DNA from: Candidatus Latescibacterota bacterium
GTDB taxonomy: Bacteria > Latescibacterota > UBA2968 > UBA8231
DNA: 64,000 bases
Reading direction: 5' to 3'
NCBI GenBank assembly: GCA_965243025.1
Contig: CBDETY010000003.1
Coordinates: 4,544,001 to 4,608,000 of the forward strand
The notes below the pieces were generated by a model. The model did no database searches. It had not been told where the DNA came from and was given only the letters and a program-made list of their open reading frames with translations. Made by a program: the position numbers and the translations under genes. Shown here piece by piece: positions 31,423 to 42,061 of this stretch (the stretch's first letter is position 1; the number at the start of each line of letters is the position of its first letter).

Positions 31423-33726
31423 TTAAAAGAACCTGGGACCGAACTGGAAGTGCGTCTGCAGGCCGGGTCTCTCACCGTCGACGCTGCGGCGGTCGAAACC
31501 GTAGGCGAAGTCGAAGCCGATCATTCCGAGCATCGGCGTCATGACCCGGAACCCGAGACCGACGGAGCGCTTGAGGTCGGTGGGGTCGAGGTCGGTGACC
31601 GCTGACCAGGAGTTGCCGGCATCGGCGAACGCCAGGCCGATGACCTGGCGGTCCGTGATCGGGAAACGGTATTCGAGGTTGAGGATCATCATCGACCGCC
31701 CGCCGGTGTTGATGCCGTTTTTCCTGGGGCCGAGAGAGGCGTCGCGGTAGCCGCGCACCTGGCCGTCCCACATGTCGACGCCGCCCGGGGTGAAGCGGTC
31801 CCAGAAGGACAGGTTTTCGTCGTCCCAGTCGGAGAAGCCGTCGACGACGGCGACCTTCGACTCGAGGGCGATGACGAACTTCCACCAGTGCGGCCGGTAG
31901 TAGTTCCAGGCCACCTCGTGGCGGTGGAAGTCGACGTCGCCGGCGATCCAGGAGGATGCGACCTCCGGGGTGTAGCTGAGGACGCTCCCCGAGGACGGAA
32001 ACTGCGGGAAGTCGCGGGTGTCGCGCCGGAAGCTCAGCTCGAAGCTGCTCGTCGTCCGCGGGGCGTAGCGGCCCGAACTGCGCAGACCTTCGTCGAAGGT
32101 ATCGCCGAAGTCGGTGTACTTCTCGTCCCTGAGCTGGTATCCGAAGCTGACCGAGGCGTTCGACGGGCGCTCGAGGCGCCTGCCGACCCGCATGCTCACC
32201 GAGTTGCGCTTGAAGCTGAAGTCGTTGTAGTACTGCTGCTTCAGGGTGTACACGCGGAACGAGAAGCTGGTGGGGGTATCGAGCAGCCACGGCTCCGTGA
32301 AGCCGACGAGGAACTGCTCGCGCCGGTACCCGAACTCCCAGCTGAAATCGAGGTTCTGGCCCTTGCCGCGGAAATTGGGGATCTGCAGTCCGATGGTTCC
32401 GACCAGCTTGTCGCGGCCGCTGTACCCGGCCCCCATCGAGGCGGCCCCGGTGCGCTGCTCCTCCACCTCGAAAGCCAGATCGATGGTCCGGTCCCCTTCG
32501 ATCGGGCTGACGTGATCGCGAACCTGGACGTCCTTGAAGTACCCGAGCATGTAGAGGCGCCGTTTGCTCTCCTCCATGGCGCTCTGCTTGTAGACCGCTC
32601 CCGGGCGCAGCTGGATCTCGCGGCGCAGCACCTTCTCGCGGGTCCGGACGTTCCCCCTGACCTCGACGCGGCGAACCTTGAACGGCTCCCCCTCGTAGAT
32701 CTGGAAATGGACGTCGATGCTGTCGTTGCGGGTGATCTCGCTCGGTATGACCTCGGTGTCGAGGTAGCCCTTCTCGAAGTAGGCGTTCTTGACGTTGTAG
32801 GCGAGCTGGGGGGAGGGCATGCTGAAGACATCCCCCTCGCCCAGGCCGAGGTGGCCGCTCAGCTCGGATTCCTCGAACAGCTCGTTGCCGTTCCAGGTGA
32901 CGGCGCCGACCCGGTACTTCGCCCCCTCCTCAATCTCGATGTCGATGAACAGGTCCTTGCGGGTGCTGTCGTAGTAGACGGTGTCGCGCAGGATGTGGGC
33001 CTGCTGGTACCCCTCGCTGCGGTAATAGGCGACCAGCTTCTGCTTGTCCTCCTCGAAGACCTCCGGCTTGAACTCACCCTTCCGCCACCAGCGGTTCTCC
33101 TTGGTCTCCATCTGCTTCTTCAGCTTGCCGTCGCCCAGGGCCTCGTTGCCGGCGAAGGTGACGGTCTTGATCCGCACCTTGTCCCCTTCGTCGATGTCGT
33201 ACTGAAGGTAGACCTTCCCCTCCTCGTCGGCGTCGAACACCCGGCCGGTCACCTCGGCCCGGAGATATCCCTTGTCCCTGTACATATCGAGGATTTTCTG
33301 ACGCCCCCGGGCGATGTCCCGCGGAGCCGTGACCTGGCCGATGACGAGGCCGAGGGCCTCCTTCATCTCCTTCTCCTTCAGCTCCTTGTGCCCCTTGAAG
33401 CGAATCCCCTCGAGAGCGGGGTACTCCGTCACCACGACGATGACCTTCACCCCTTCGGCGGTTTCCTGCCCCCATACCTGGATGTCTTCGAACACGTTGA
33501 GGCCCTGGAGCGACCGGATCGCCTCCTGGACGTTCTCCTGCGAAAGCTCCACCCCTTGCGCCAGCCCCAGGGTGGTGCGGATCAGGGACGGTGCGACGCG
33601 GCGCAGCTCGCCCCGTATCTCGACTTCCGAGATCGCGTTCTGGGCGCCCGCGGCGCCGGCAAAGGCGGCGGCGAGGACCGCGGCGACAGCCGGAACGAAG
33701 CGACGGAATGTGTGCATGGGATGCAT
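31423..33726 (-). CDS. bamA: outer membrane protein assembly factor BamA
   Basis: SD GGAGG; POTRA repeats (GN.RTREKVLRRE), VRGY motif, C-terminal HFQFGPRFF. Confidence 0.95.
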   Translation of the reverse strand: MHPMHTFRRFVPAVAAVLAAAFAGAAGAQNAISEVEIRGELRRVAPSLIRTTLGLAQGVELSQENVQEAIRSLQGLNVFEDIQVWGQETAEGVKVIVVVTEYPALEGIRFKGHKELKEKEMKEALGLVIGQVTAPRDIARGRQKILDMYRDKGYLRAEVTGRVFDADEEGKVYLQYDIDEGDKVRIKTVTFAGNEALGDGKLKKQMETKENRWWRKGEFKPEVFEEDKQKLVAYYRSEGYQQAHILRDTVYYDSTRKDLFIDIEIEEGAKYRVGAVTWNGNELFEESELSGHLGLGEGDVFSMPSPQLAYNVKNAYFEKGYLDTEVIPSEITRNDSIDVHFQIYEGEPFKVRRVEVRGNVRTREKVLRREIQLRPGAVYKQSAMEESKRRLYMLGYFKDVQVRDHVSPIEGDRTIDLAFEVEEQRTGAASMGAGYSGRDKLVGTIGLQIPNFRGKGQNLDFSWEFGYRREQFLVGFTEPWLLDTPTSFSFRVYTLKQQYYNDFSFKRNSVSMRVGRRLERPSNASVSFGYQLRDEKYTDFGDTFDEGLRSSGRYAPRTTSSFELSFRRDTRDFPQFPSSGSVLSYTPEVASSWIAGDVDFHRHEVAWNYYRPHWWKFVIALESKVAVVDGFSDWDDENLSFWDRFTPGGVDMWDGQVRGYRDASLGPRKNGINTGGRSMMILNLEYRFPITDRQVIGLAFADAGNSWSAVTDLDPTDLKRSVGLGFRVMTPMLGMIGFDFAYGFDRRSVDGERPGLQTHFQFGPRFF

Positions 33727-34016
33727 GATACCTCCGAAGAAAGGGCGCCGGAATCCAAAAAGCCGTTCTATCCAGGGATGTTCGCTTCTGGACAAAACGG
33801 CTTATCGATGGCGCAAGCCGCAGCGCGGCCGTCAACAGCGCGGTCTGTTGCTGTCAGTGTCCCGTCGCAGAAATATCTCGACATTGGGATGCCGATCCAT
33901 CCCGGCTCACGGCGTTGCCCTCACTCGCCGTACACCTCGGTACGACTCGCTCGGGCGCCTTGTGAGCCGGGCGCCTCGGCATCCCAATTCTGTCAATCTA
34001 TCTCTGCGACGGGACA

Positions 34017-36488
34017 CTATCCCCCCTTGCCAGCGGACCTGCTCCCGGGTGCGACGACCTCGGCGTTTTCCCGTTCGTCGTCGAACACGAGGTCCTCACC
34101 CTTCTTGGTGACCCTGATGCGGCTGCCCTCGCTGAAGCGCCCCTGGAGGATCTCCTCGGCGAGCGGATCCTCCAGCAGCTTCTGGACCGTGCGCTTGAGG
34201 TAGCGGGCGCCGAAGGCCTGGTCGAACCCCTTCTCGGCGATCAGGTTCTTGGCCCCCGGGGTGATCCTGACGGCGATGCCCTGATGCCCGAGGCGCTCCT
34301 TGAACTCGCGAAGGGTGATGTCGACGATGGCGGCGATGTCCTCCTTGCGCAGGGCGTGGAAAACGACGGTGTCGTCGATGCGGTTCAGGAACTCCGGGTT
34401 GAAGGTCTTCTTCATCGCGTCGGTGATCTTGTTCTCCATCACCTGCTGGTAGCTGTCGGCATCCGACTTCTGGAAGCCGAGGACGCCGCCGGTGCCGACC
34501 TCGCGGCTGCCGACGTTGGAGGTCATGATCAGCACGGTGTTGCGGAAATCCACCTTGCGCCCGGTGCTGTCGGTAAGGCGCCCCTCGTCGAGGATCTGCA
34601 GGAGGATGTTGAAGACGTCGGGATGGGCCTTCTCGATCTCGTCGAGGAGCACCACCGAGTACGGGCGCCGCCGCACGCGCTCGGTCAGCTGACCCCCCTC
34701 GTCGAAGCCGACGTAACCGGGGGGCGCGCCGATCAGCCGCGACACCGAGAACTTCTCCATGTACTCCGACATGTCGACGGTGATCAGGGCCTCTTCGTCG
34801 CCGAACAGGAACTCGGCGAGCTTGGCGGCCAGGTAGGTCTTGCCCACCCCGGTGGGCCCCAGGAAAATGAAGGACCCGATGGGGCGCTTGGGGTCCTGGA
34901 GGCCGGCGCGGCTTCGGCGGATCGCCCTCGAAATGGTGCCGATCGCCTGCTCCTGTCCGACCACCATCTTCCTGAGCTCCCCTTCCATGGTCAGCAGCCG
35001 CTCGCTCTCGCTGGCCGCCAGCCGCTGGATCGGGACTCCCGAAACGCTGGAGATCACCTCGGCGATGTCGTCTTCGGTGACCTCGACGACCTCGCTTCTC
35101 ACCTCCTCTTCCCAGGCACGCCGTTTCTGCTGCAGGGATTCGCGCAGGCGGTGGGCCTCGTCGCGGAGGCGGGCGGCCTCCTCGAACTCCTGCTTCTCGG
35201 AGCACTCGAGCTTGCTGCGCTCGATCTCCTGGATCTTGGCCTCGAGCTTGCCGATCGCGTCGGGAGGGCTGAGCCGGGACAGGTGCACCCGGGACCCGGT
35301 CTCGTCGATGACATCGATCGCCTTGTCCGGCAGGTAGCGGTCGGAGATGTAGCGGTCGGCCTGGCGGACCGCGAAGGCGATGACCTCGTCGGAGAACTTG
35401 ACGTGATGGTGGGCTTCGTAGTTCGACCGCAGCCCCTTGACGATCTCGACCGTGTCCTCCACGGAGGGAGGGTCGACCATGATGCTCTGAAAGCGGCGTT
35501 CGAGGGCGCCGTCCTTCTCGATGTACTTGCGGTACTCGTCGAGGGTGGTGGCGCCGATGCACTGCAGCTCTCCCCGGGAGAGGGCCGGCTTGAACATGTT
35601 GGAGGCGTCGAGCGTGCCTTCGGCGCTGCCGGCCCCGACGATGGTGTGCAGCTCGTCGATGAAGATCACGACGTCGTGGTTCTGATGCAGCTCGTTGAGC
35701 ACCGCCTTGATGCGCTCCTCGAACTGGCCGCGGTACTTGGTGCCGGCGACGACGCCGCCCATGTCGAGGGTTACCAGGCGCTTGTCGAGCAGAATCTGGG
35801 GAACCCGCTTCTCGACGACCCGCTGGGCGAGGCCCTCGACGATGGCGGTCTTGCCGACCCCGGGGTCGCCGATGAGGATGGGGTTGTTCTTCTTGCGGCG
35901 GCTGAGGATCTGGGTGACGCGCTCGATCTCCTTTTCGCGGCCGATTACGGGATCGAGCTTGCCCTCGCGGGCGAGCTGCGTCAGGTCGCGGCCGAAGTGG
36001 TCGAGGAACGGGGTCTTGCTCTTCTTCCCTTTTTCCTTCTGGCTGCTCGACTTGCCCTCGAGCACCGCCACGGTCTCTTCCATGGCGGTCTTGAAGTCGA
36101 CGCCGAAGGCTGCCAGGATCTGCGCCGCCACCCCCTCCTTGTCCTTCAGGAGCGCGAGCAGGAGATGCTCGATGTCGACGAACTGCGTCTTCATCTCCTT
36201 GGCCTCGTTGGCGGCCACCTCGAGTATCTGCTTCGCCCTGGGAGTGAACGGCACCTCGCCGATGGTCATCGTGCCGCCGGAGGTGGCGACGTAGTCCTCT
36301 ACCGACTGCTTAACCGTATCGAGGTTCAGTCCGAGGTTGGTGAGAACCGTTACCGCCTTGCCCTTGCCTTCCTTGATGATGCCGAGCAGCAGGTGCTCGG
36401 TGCCGATGTAGTTGTGTCCGAGCCGCGCCGATTCCTCGCGGGCATACTGCATCACCCTCTTCACGCCATCCGTGAACATGTTGTTCAT
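34017..36488 (-). CDS. clpC: ATP-dependent Clp protease ATPase ClpC
   Basis: Clp_N repeats, two AAA modules ([16 protein letters not shown]), UVR middle domain, LGF loop. Confidence 0.95.
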   Translation of the reverse strand: MNNMFTDGVKRVMQYAREESARLGHNYIGTEHLLLGIIKEGKGKAVTVLTNLGLNLDTVKQSVEDYVATSGGTMTIGEVPFTPRAKQILEVAANEAKEMKTQFVDIEHLLLALLKDKEGVAAQILAAFGVDFKTAMEETVAVLEGKSSSQKEKGKKSKTPFLDHFGRDLTQLAREGKLDPVIGREKEIERVTQILSRRKKNNPILIGDPGVGKTAIVEGLAQRVVEKRVPQILLDKRLVTLDMGGVVAGTKYRGQFEERIKAVLNELHQNHDVVIFIDELHTIVGAGSAEGTLDASNMFKPALSRGELQCIGATTLDEYRKYIEKDGALERRFQSIMVDPPSVEDTVEIVKGLRSNYEAHHHVKFSDEVIAFAVRQADRYISDRYLPDKAIDVIDETGSRVHLSRLSPPDAIGKLEAKIQEIERSKLECSEKQEFEEAARLRDEAHRLRESLQQKRRAWEEEVRSEVVEVTEDDIAEVISSVSGVPIQRLAASESERLLTMEGELRKMVVGQEQAIGTISRAIRRSRAGLQDPKRPIGSFIFLGPTGVGKTYLAAKLAEFLFGDEEALITVDMSEYMEKFSVSRLIGAPPGYVGFDEGGQLTERVRRRPYSVVLLDEIEKAHPDVFNILLQILDEGRLTDSTGRKVDFRNTVLIMTSNVGSREVGTGGVLGFQKSDADSYQQVMENKITDAMKKTFNPEFLNRIDDTVVFHALRKEDIAAIVDITLREFKERLGHQGIAVRITPGAKNLIAEKGFDQAFGARYLKRTVQKLLEDPLAEEILQGRFSEGSRIRVTKKGEDLVFDDERENAEVVAPGSRSAGKGG

Positions 36489-36522
36489 TTACAACCTCCT
36501 ACACTCTTTCTCCTGTTTTTCG

Positions 36523-36551
36523 AAGCTAGCAATCCGATATTTGCCTGTCAA
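36523..36551 (-). promoter_or_regulatory. sigma70-type promoter directly upstream of clpC
   Basis: TTGACA-N17-TAGCTT with TG extension; SD AGGAGG before ATG 36488. Confidence 0.6.
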
Positions 36552-36569
36552 GCAGGGCCGCCCCCGGGG

Positions 36570-37637
36570 CTAGCGCTGTTCGGCGGCTGATTCCGTGAGC
36601 TTCCTGCGCACCATTTCCGCCCGCCGGACATCCCTTTCGTCCGGCTCCAGGGCCCTTCCGGCAGCGGCCTGCAGGTGCGACGGCTGGGTGACGACCATCA
36701 GCTGGTTCAGGAACCTCGGGGTCACCTCCCGGACCAGGCCGGTGCTGTAGCCGAGCCGCACCGCCGACAGCAGGTTCATGAACTCCTGGCTGCTCAGCAC
36801 CCGCGCCTGAGACAGCAAGCCGTACGCCCGCCACACCTTGTCCTCGATCCGGGAGCGCGCTTCCTGGAGCAGCGTCTCCTGGGCGTTGCGTTCGAACTCG
36901 ACCACCTGCCCGGCCAGGCGCAGCAGCTCGGCGACGATCTTCTCCTCCCCCGAGCCCAGCGTCGACTGGTTGGAAAGCTGAAACAGGTTGCCGGCGGGAT
37001 TGCTGCCTTCCCCGTACACCCCCCTGACGGCGAAGGACAGCTGGTTCAGTCCCTGGACCACCCTCTCCATGTCCTCGGTCAACACCAGTCCGGGAAGGTG
37101 AACCAGCACCGACATGCGAAGCCCCGTCCCCGTGTTCGTGGGGCAGGCGGTCAGAAAGCCGAGGTCCGGCGAAAAGGCGTACTCGAGAGACCGGCTGAGC
37201 CCGTCGTCGAGAGCGTTTGCCGCGGACCAGGCGCCGGTCGCGTCGAGGCCGGGGAAGATCGCCTGCAGGCGCAGGTGGTCCTCCTCGTTCATCATGACGC
37301 TGAGCGACTCCTCGGGATTGAACAGAACCCCGCGCTGCCCCTTGCCGCCGGCGAGGGCGGGGCTGATCAGGTGCCGTTCCACCAGCACCCTGCGCTCGTT
37401 CCCGTCGAGGGCGCTCATGTCGTAGTAGGAGGAGCCGTCCATCGGCGGGCAGCCTTTTGCGGCCGCCAGGACCTTCTCGACAACCCCGTCGCGCCCGGCA
37501 TCGGTGATCCTGGTCTCGAAGGGAAACCCGGCGATATTGCGGGCCAGCCTGGCCCGGCAGCTGACGACGATTCCGTCCTCGTCGCCGGCGCCGCTCTGCC
37601 AGACCGGCATCGACTGGATAAGGGTGTCGAAGTTCAC
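36570..37637 (-). CDS. mcsB: protein-arginine kinase
   Basis: GTG start; RARLARNI, LVERHLIS, MNEEDHLRLQ, LTACPTNTGTG, FQLSNQ.TLG. Confidence 0.93.
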   Translation of the reverse strand: MNFDTLIQSMPVWQSGAGDEDGIVVSCRARLARNIAGFPFETRITDAGRDGVVEKVLAAAKGCPPMDGSSYYDMSALDGNERRVLVERHLISPALAGGKGQRGVLFNPEESLSVMMNEEDHLRLQAIFPGLDATGAWSAANALDDGLSRSLEYAFSPDLGFLTACPTNTGTGLRMSVLVHLPGLVLTEDMERVVQGLNQLSFAVRGVYGEGSNPAGNLFQLSNQSTLGSGEEKIVAELLRLAGQVVEFERNAQETLLQEARSRIEDKVWRAYGLLSQARVLSSQEFMNLLSAVRLGYSTGLVREVTPRFLNQLMVVTQPSHLQAAAGRALEPDERDVRRAEMVRRKLTESAAEQR

Positions 37638-38236
37638 GGTTCCCGCCCGCCGGCCTCGCCGCCGGACGCCCCGGTTTCTTCCGACGCCTCGAGCTGGGCG
37701 ATCCGGTCCCTGATGGCGGCGGCCTTCTCGTACGCCTCCTCGGCGACCGCCTGGCGCAGCGCCTCCTTCAGCTTCTGCCATTCGTCTCCGGACCGGAACT
37801 CCGGGGAGGAAGGGCGCGGCCCCTTGCCCTCGTGGCGCACGGCGCCGTGAATGCGCTTGAACAGGCGCTCGAGCTGGGAAGAAAACGCCGAGTAGCAGCC
37901 CCCGCAGCCGAGGCGGCCGACCTTGCGGAAGTCCTTGTAGGTCATTCCGCACTCGCCGCATTCCACCTGCTCGGTGGACTCCGACAGCGACAGGTGGCCG
38001 ACAACCACGTTGATCTGTTTCGCAGCCGGCTTCTTCGGCGGGGAGTCCGGCTTGGCCTCCGGCCCGCCGGCGGCGGAGGGCGCGGGCGTTTCCGGGGACC
38101 CTTCCTCGAACTTGCGGGCGCGCTGCCCGGCGCAGCGGGAGCACAGGCGGAGGGTGCGCTTCTCGTTGCCGCGGATATGCCTGAACAGGATGGTCGCCTC
38201 GCGCTCCTGGCAGGACTGACAGACTGGGGGGCTCAC
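37634..38236 (-). CDS. mcsA: McsA (UvrB/UvrC-motif, CxxC) activator of McsB
   Basis: Four CxxC motifs, GRLGC..CY..F, HGAVRHEGKGP and AV.EE.YE.AA.IRD UVR domain. Confidence 0.9.
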   Translation of the reverse strand: MSPPVCQSCQEREATILFRHIRGNEKRTLRLCSRCAGQRARKFEEGSPETPAPSAAGGPEAKPDSPPKKPAAKQINVVVGHLSLSESTEQVECGECGMTYKDFRKVGRLGCGGCYSAFSSQLERLFKRIHGAVRHEGKGPRPSSPEFRSGDEWQKLKEALRQAVAEEAYEKAAAIRDRIAQLEASEETGASGGEAGGREP

Positions 38237-38252
38237 GGTTGCGCTTCCGGGA

Positions 38253-38945
38253 TCAGTTCAGGTGGAGGACGCCGCCCTCGATGCTGCCGCTGCGGTCCAG
38301 GGCGCCGGCGAGGCGCTGGTCGTGGGTCATGACCACGAAGGTCTGGCCCTCGGCGCGAGCCAGCTCTCTCATCATCCCGTGCAGGGTTTGGCTGGCGGCG
38401 GTGTCGAGATTCCCCGACGGCTCGTCGGCGAGCACCACCGAAGGGGTGCGGATCAGCGCGCGCGCCACGGCGACCCGCTGGCACTCGCCGCCGGACAGCT
38501 CTCCCGGCCTGTGTTGCAGGCGCTGCTCGAGCCCGACCCGGCCGAGCAGGTCGACGGCGCGGCGGCGCACCCCCTGTTCCGCCCCGGCGGCGATCAGCCC
38601 GGGCAGCATCACGTTCTCGAGGGCGGTGAACTCGGGCAGCAGATTGTGGAACTGGAACACGAAGCCGATGTTGCGGTTGCGGAAGTCGGACAGCTCGTCC
38701 CCGCCGAGCCCGAGGACGTCGACGGACTCGATCTCCAGCTCTCCGGCGGTGGGCCGGTCCAGGGTCCCGAGGATATGGAGCAAGGTGCTCTTGCCTACAC
38801 CGGAGGCCCCGGTGATCGCCAGCATCTCTCCGCGCGCCACCTCGAGATCGATCTCCTTCAGCACCCGCAGCTCGCCGCCTCCGGAAACGAAGCTCTTGCT
38901 GATGCCGCGGGCGCGCAGCGCTACCTCACTGGAGGGAACGTCCAT
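38253..38945 (-). CDS. lolD: lipoprotein-releasing ABC ATPase
   Basis: GASGVGKSTLLH, GFVFQFHNLLPEFTALENV, LSGGECQR, DEPSGNLD. Confidence 0.92.
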   Translation of the reverse strand: MDVPSSEVALRARGISKSFVSGGGELRVLKEIDLEVARGEMLAITGASGVGKSTLLHILGTLDRPTAGELEIESVDVLGLGGDELSDFRNRNIGFVFQFHNLLPEFTALENVMLPGLIAAGAEQGVRRRAVDLLGRVGLEQRLQHRPGELSGGECQRVAVARALIRTPSVVLADEPSGNLDTAASQTLHGMMRELARAEGQTFVVMTHDQRLAGALDRSGSIEGGVLHLN

Positions 38946-38950
38946 GGTTC

Positions 38951-40198
38951 TCAGGCGATGTGGCGAATGGCGTCGACCGGCTGCAGGGACGCGGCCCGGC
39001 GCGCGGGGAACGCGGAGGCCAGCAGGCAGATTCCCAGGCTGACCGCCGACACCACGACGAAGTCCGGCCACTGCATGTCGACCGGCAGCGAGCTGATGAT
39101 GTAGATGTTGCTCGGGATGGAGATGATCTCGAAGCGGCCCTGCACCCAGCAGACGGCGAAGCCGCACAGGCAGCCGAGGGCGGTGCCGAAGCCGCCTATG
39201 GCGGCCCCCTGGTAGATGAAGATGCGGCGTATGCCCCCGGTCCGCGCCCCCATGGCGCGCAGAATCCCGATCTCCGGGGTCTTGATCAGAATCGACATGC
39301 TGAGAATCGACATGATGTTGAAAGCGGCGACGACGATGATCAGGCTGAGGGCGATGAAGATCACCCACTTCTCGAGCTCCATCCACTCGAACAGCTCGGG
39401 AAAGCGCTGGGTCCAGTCCGTCAGCCGGTAGGGATAGCCGAGGTCCGCTTCGAGGCGGCGGCGAATTTCGCTCGCCTCGTCGAGGTCGGCGACGCGCAGG
39501 TGCACGTTGGTGACCGCTTCCCCGGTGTCGAGGACGCGCCGCGCCTCGTCGAGGGAGATGAACCCGAAGTTGTCGTCGTAGTGGTACATGCCGCTCTCGA
39601 ACAGGTCGGTCACCACGAACGGGTCGAGGCGGGGGGTGATGCCGCGCAGCAGGTCGTCCCGCTCCATTCCCCTGACCGTCATCAGCAGCACCTGGTCGCC
39701 GATCCCCACCCGCAGGCGCGCCGCGAGGTGGCGGCCGAGGACGATACCCGGATGCCTGTTTCCCGGCAGAACGCCGAGGCGCAGCTCGCCGCGGCTGTCG
39801 TACAGGTGCCCGGGGAGGTCGGAGACGCGGGGGAAACTCTCCGGATCGATCCCCCAGAGGAACAGCCCGTCCATCTCCTTTTCGCCGGCGACCACCACCT
39901 TGCCCTCGATCACCGGCGCCGCCGCGACCACCCCCTCCTCGCCCGAGGCGCGTTCGATAACCTCCTCGAACGCGGGAATCGGGTCTCCGTAGAAGCGGTG
40001 GATGGAGACGTGCGCGTTCATCCCGATCAGCCGGTTCCTCACCTCGCCGGAGAAACCGTTGGTGACCGAGAGCATGATTACGAGGGCGGCCACCCCGAGG
40101 ATGACCCCGCCCACGGCGATGAAGGCGACCACCGATATGAACCCGGTGCGCTGCTTGGACTGCAGGTAGCGCTTCGCTATGAAGAACTCGTACCGCAT
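38951..40198 (-). CDS. lolC: lipoprotein-releasing ABC permease LolC/E
   Basis: FIAKRYL, GVAALVIMLSVTNGF, VAAFNI, EIGILRAMGA, PVDAIR. Confidence 0.88.
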   Translation of the reverse strand: MRYEFFIAKRYLQSKQRTGFISVVAFIAVGGVILGVAALVIMLSVTNGFSGEVRNRLIGMNAHVSIHRFYGDPIPAFEEVIERASGEEGVVAAAPVIEGKVVVAGEKEMDGLFLWGIDPESFPRVSDLPGHLYDSRGELRLGVLPGNRHPGIVLGRHLAARLRVGIGDQVLLMTVRGMERDDLLRGITPRLDPFVVTDLFESGMYHYDDNFGFISLDEARRVLDTGEAVTNVHLRVADLDEASEIRRRLEADLGYPYRLTDWTQRFPELFEWMELEKWVIFIALSLIIVVAAFNIMSILSMSILIKTPEIGILRAMGARTGGIRRIFIYQGAAIGGFGTALGCLCGFAVCWVQGRFEIISIPSNIYIISSLPVDMQWPDFVVVSAVSLGICLLASAFPARRAASLQPVDAIRHIA

Positions 40199-40301
40199 CC
40201 GGTGCCCAGGTCCCCGCCCCCAGGGGCGATCACGCCTTCTGCGGCCGCGTCGAATCCGATGGAAATCCCCGCGCCTTTCGAACTGGATGTCGACAGTTTC
40301 G

Positions 40302-41409
40302 TCAATTCGACACCAACCGGGATGTTTCCATCAGGTACGCCCTGATGAAGTCGTCGAGCTGACCGTCCATCACCGCCTGCACGTTGCCGGTCTCGTGCCC
40401 GGTGCGGTGGTCCTTGACGAGGTTGTACGGGTGGAGGACGTAGCTGCGGATCTGGCTGCCGAACTCGATGCTCTTCTTGGTGCTCTCGACCGCTTCCTGC
40501 TTCTTCTCCTCCTCCTCCTTGAAGTGCTGGTAGACCCGCGCCGTCAGCACCTTCAGGGCGGTCGCCTTGTTCTTGAACTGGGAGCGCTCGTTCTGGCACT
40601 GGACGGAGATCCCGGTCGGCAGGTGGGTGAGCCTGACCGCGGAGGAGGTCTTGTTGACGTGCTGGCCTCCGGCCCCGCCGGCGCGGAAGGTCTCGTACTG
40701 GAGCTCGTCCTCCCTGAGCTCGACGTTGGGGATCTCGTCGACCTCGGGGTAGACGAAGATCGACGCGAACGAGGTGTGGCGGCGCTTGTTGGCGTCGAAC
40801 GGGGAGATGCGCACGAGACGGTGAACCCCGGCCTCGGCCTTGAGGTACCCGTAGGCGTACTTGCCCGTGACCTCGATGGTCGCCCCCTTGATGCCGGCTT
40901 CCTCGGCCGGCTGCAGGTCCATGACCTGGCCCTGGAAGCCGCTGCGCTCGATCCACCGGCTGTACATCCGCATCAGCATCTCGGCCCAGTCGGCGGCCTC
41001 GGTGCCGCCGGCGCCGGAGTGCACGACGACGATGGCGTCCTTGGAGTCATCCGGGTCGTCGAGCATGTTGCGCAGCTCGAGATCCTCGAGCCGCACCACC
41101 AGGGTCCGGGCCTCCTGCTCGAACTCGGCCAGGGCCTCGCCGTCCCCTTCGGCGGCGGCCAGCTCGTGCAGCTCGGAGAGGTCGCTCAGCTGCCGGTCGA
41201 GCTCCTCCCACGGCTTGAGCCGGTCCACGATGTCGCGGGACTGCCGGGTGATGGCCTCGGCCTTCTTCCGGTCGCTCCAGAAGTCGCCGCGGGCCATCTC
41301 CGCCTCGATTACGGCGAGCTGCCGCTTCTTGTTGTCGAAGTCAAAGATACCCCCGCAGCCGTTCCATCCGTTCCCTGCTCCCAGTCAGGATTTCCTCCAG
41401 GCCTGGCAT
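40302..41409 (-). CDS. prfB: peptide chain release factor 2 (programmed +1 frameshift)
   Basis: 22 codons ending GGG TAT CTT TGA C at 41352-41340, continuing in the +1 frame; SPF and GGQ motifs. Confidence 0.96.
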
Positions 41410-41546
41410 GTCGCTTCTCCCTTGTGAATGCGGTGAACGCCCCTTTAACGGAAGCACCGGTCACGGGGGCAGTTCCCCGAAACCGGCAATTGGCCGGGCG
41501 GGCGGGGCAGCGGCGATTCCCGAAATCGGGCGGCGCCGCCGCCCGG

Positions 41547-42053
41547 CTATTCCTGGTAGCGGTCGAAGAGGAGCCTCACGGCGTCGCGGTCGCGCGGGAT
41601 TTCGAACAACAGGTCCCCCGCGAACGCGTCGTCCCTGTCGAGGCGGAACTCGTCCCCGCGCTCGATGAACAGCGGCGATCTCGACAGCGGGTAGTGCAGG
41701 AGATCGGCGCTGTCGACCAGCCGGAAACACCGCGGCACGATCGGGTAGCCGATCTTCATTCTCGCCTGCATGCGCAAGGTCACCAGGACGAACTTGTCGC
41801 CCTCGTCCGGCTCCCCTTTGAAAAAATGAAAGTAGCGGACGCCGTCCTCGGGGACTTCCCACACGATCGGATTCTTCACCCGCTCCAACAGGTCCGGCAG
41901 CACCTCGAGCTTCTCGGTGGATCCACCGGTGAAGCGGATCGCCAGGTAGAGGGGCACAAAGACCGCGCAGGACATCAGCACGATGCGGTTCAAGGTCCGG
42001 TAGCGAGGACTCCGGAGTCCCTTGCCGCTCCCCCTGGTCATTGCCGGTCTCAT
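41547..42053 (-). CDS. hypothetical membrane-anchored protein (DUF4352-like beta domain)
   Basis: One TM helix, then GDKFVLVTL..FRLVD...GDLLFEIP pattern. Confidence 0.55.
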   Translation of the reverse strand: MRPAMTRGSGKGLRSPRYRTLNRIVLMSCAVFVPLYLAIRFTGGSTEKLEVLPDLLERVKNPIVWEVPEDGVRYFHFFKGEPDEGDKFVLVTLRMQARMKIGYPIVPRCFRLVDSADLLHYPLSRSPLFIERGDEFRLDRDDAFAGDLLFEIPRDRDAVRLLFDRYQE

Positions 42054-42061
42054 GCGGAACC

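Noticed and set aside
33727-34016. 290-nt region upstream of bamA as a riboswitch or small ORF
   Set aside because: TTGACA is present on the - strand but no matching -10, known RNA motif or credible ORF was found.
40258-40332. Imperfect inverted repeat GATGGAAA-TCCC / GGGATGTTTCCATC at the prfB 3' end
   Set aside because: Short, gapped and single-copy, with no target-site duplication; not enough to call a MITE or terminator.
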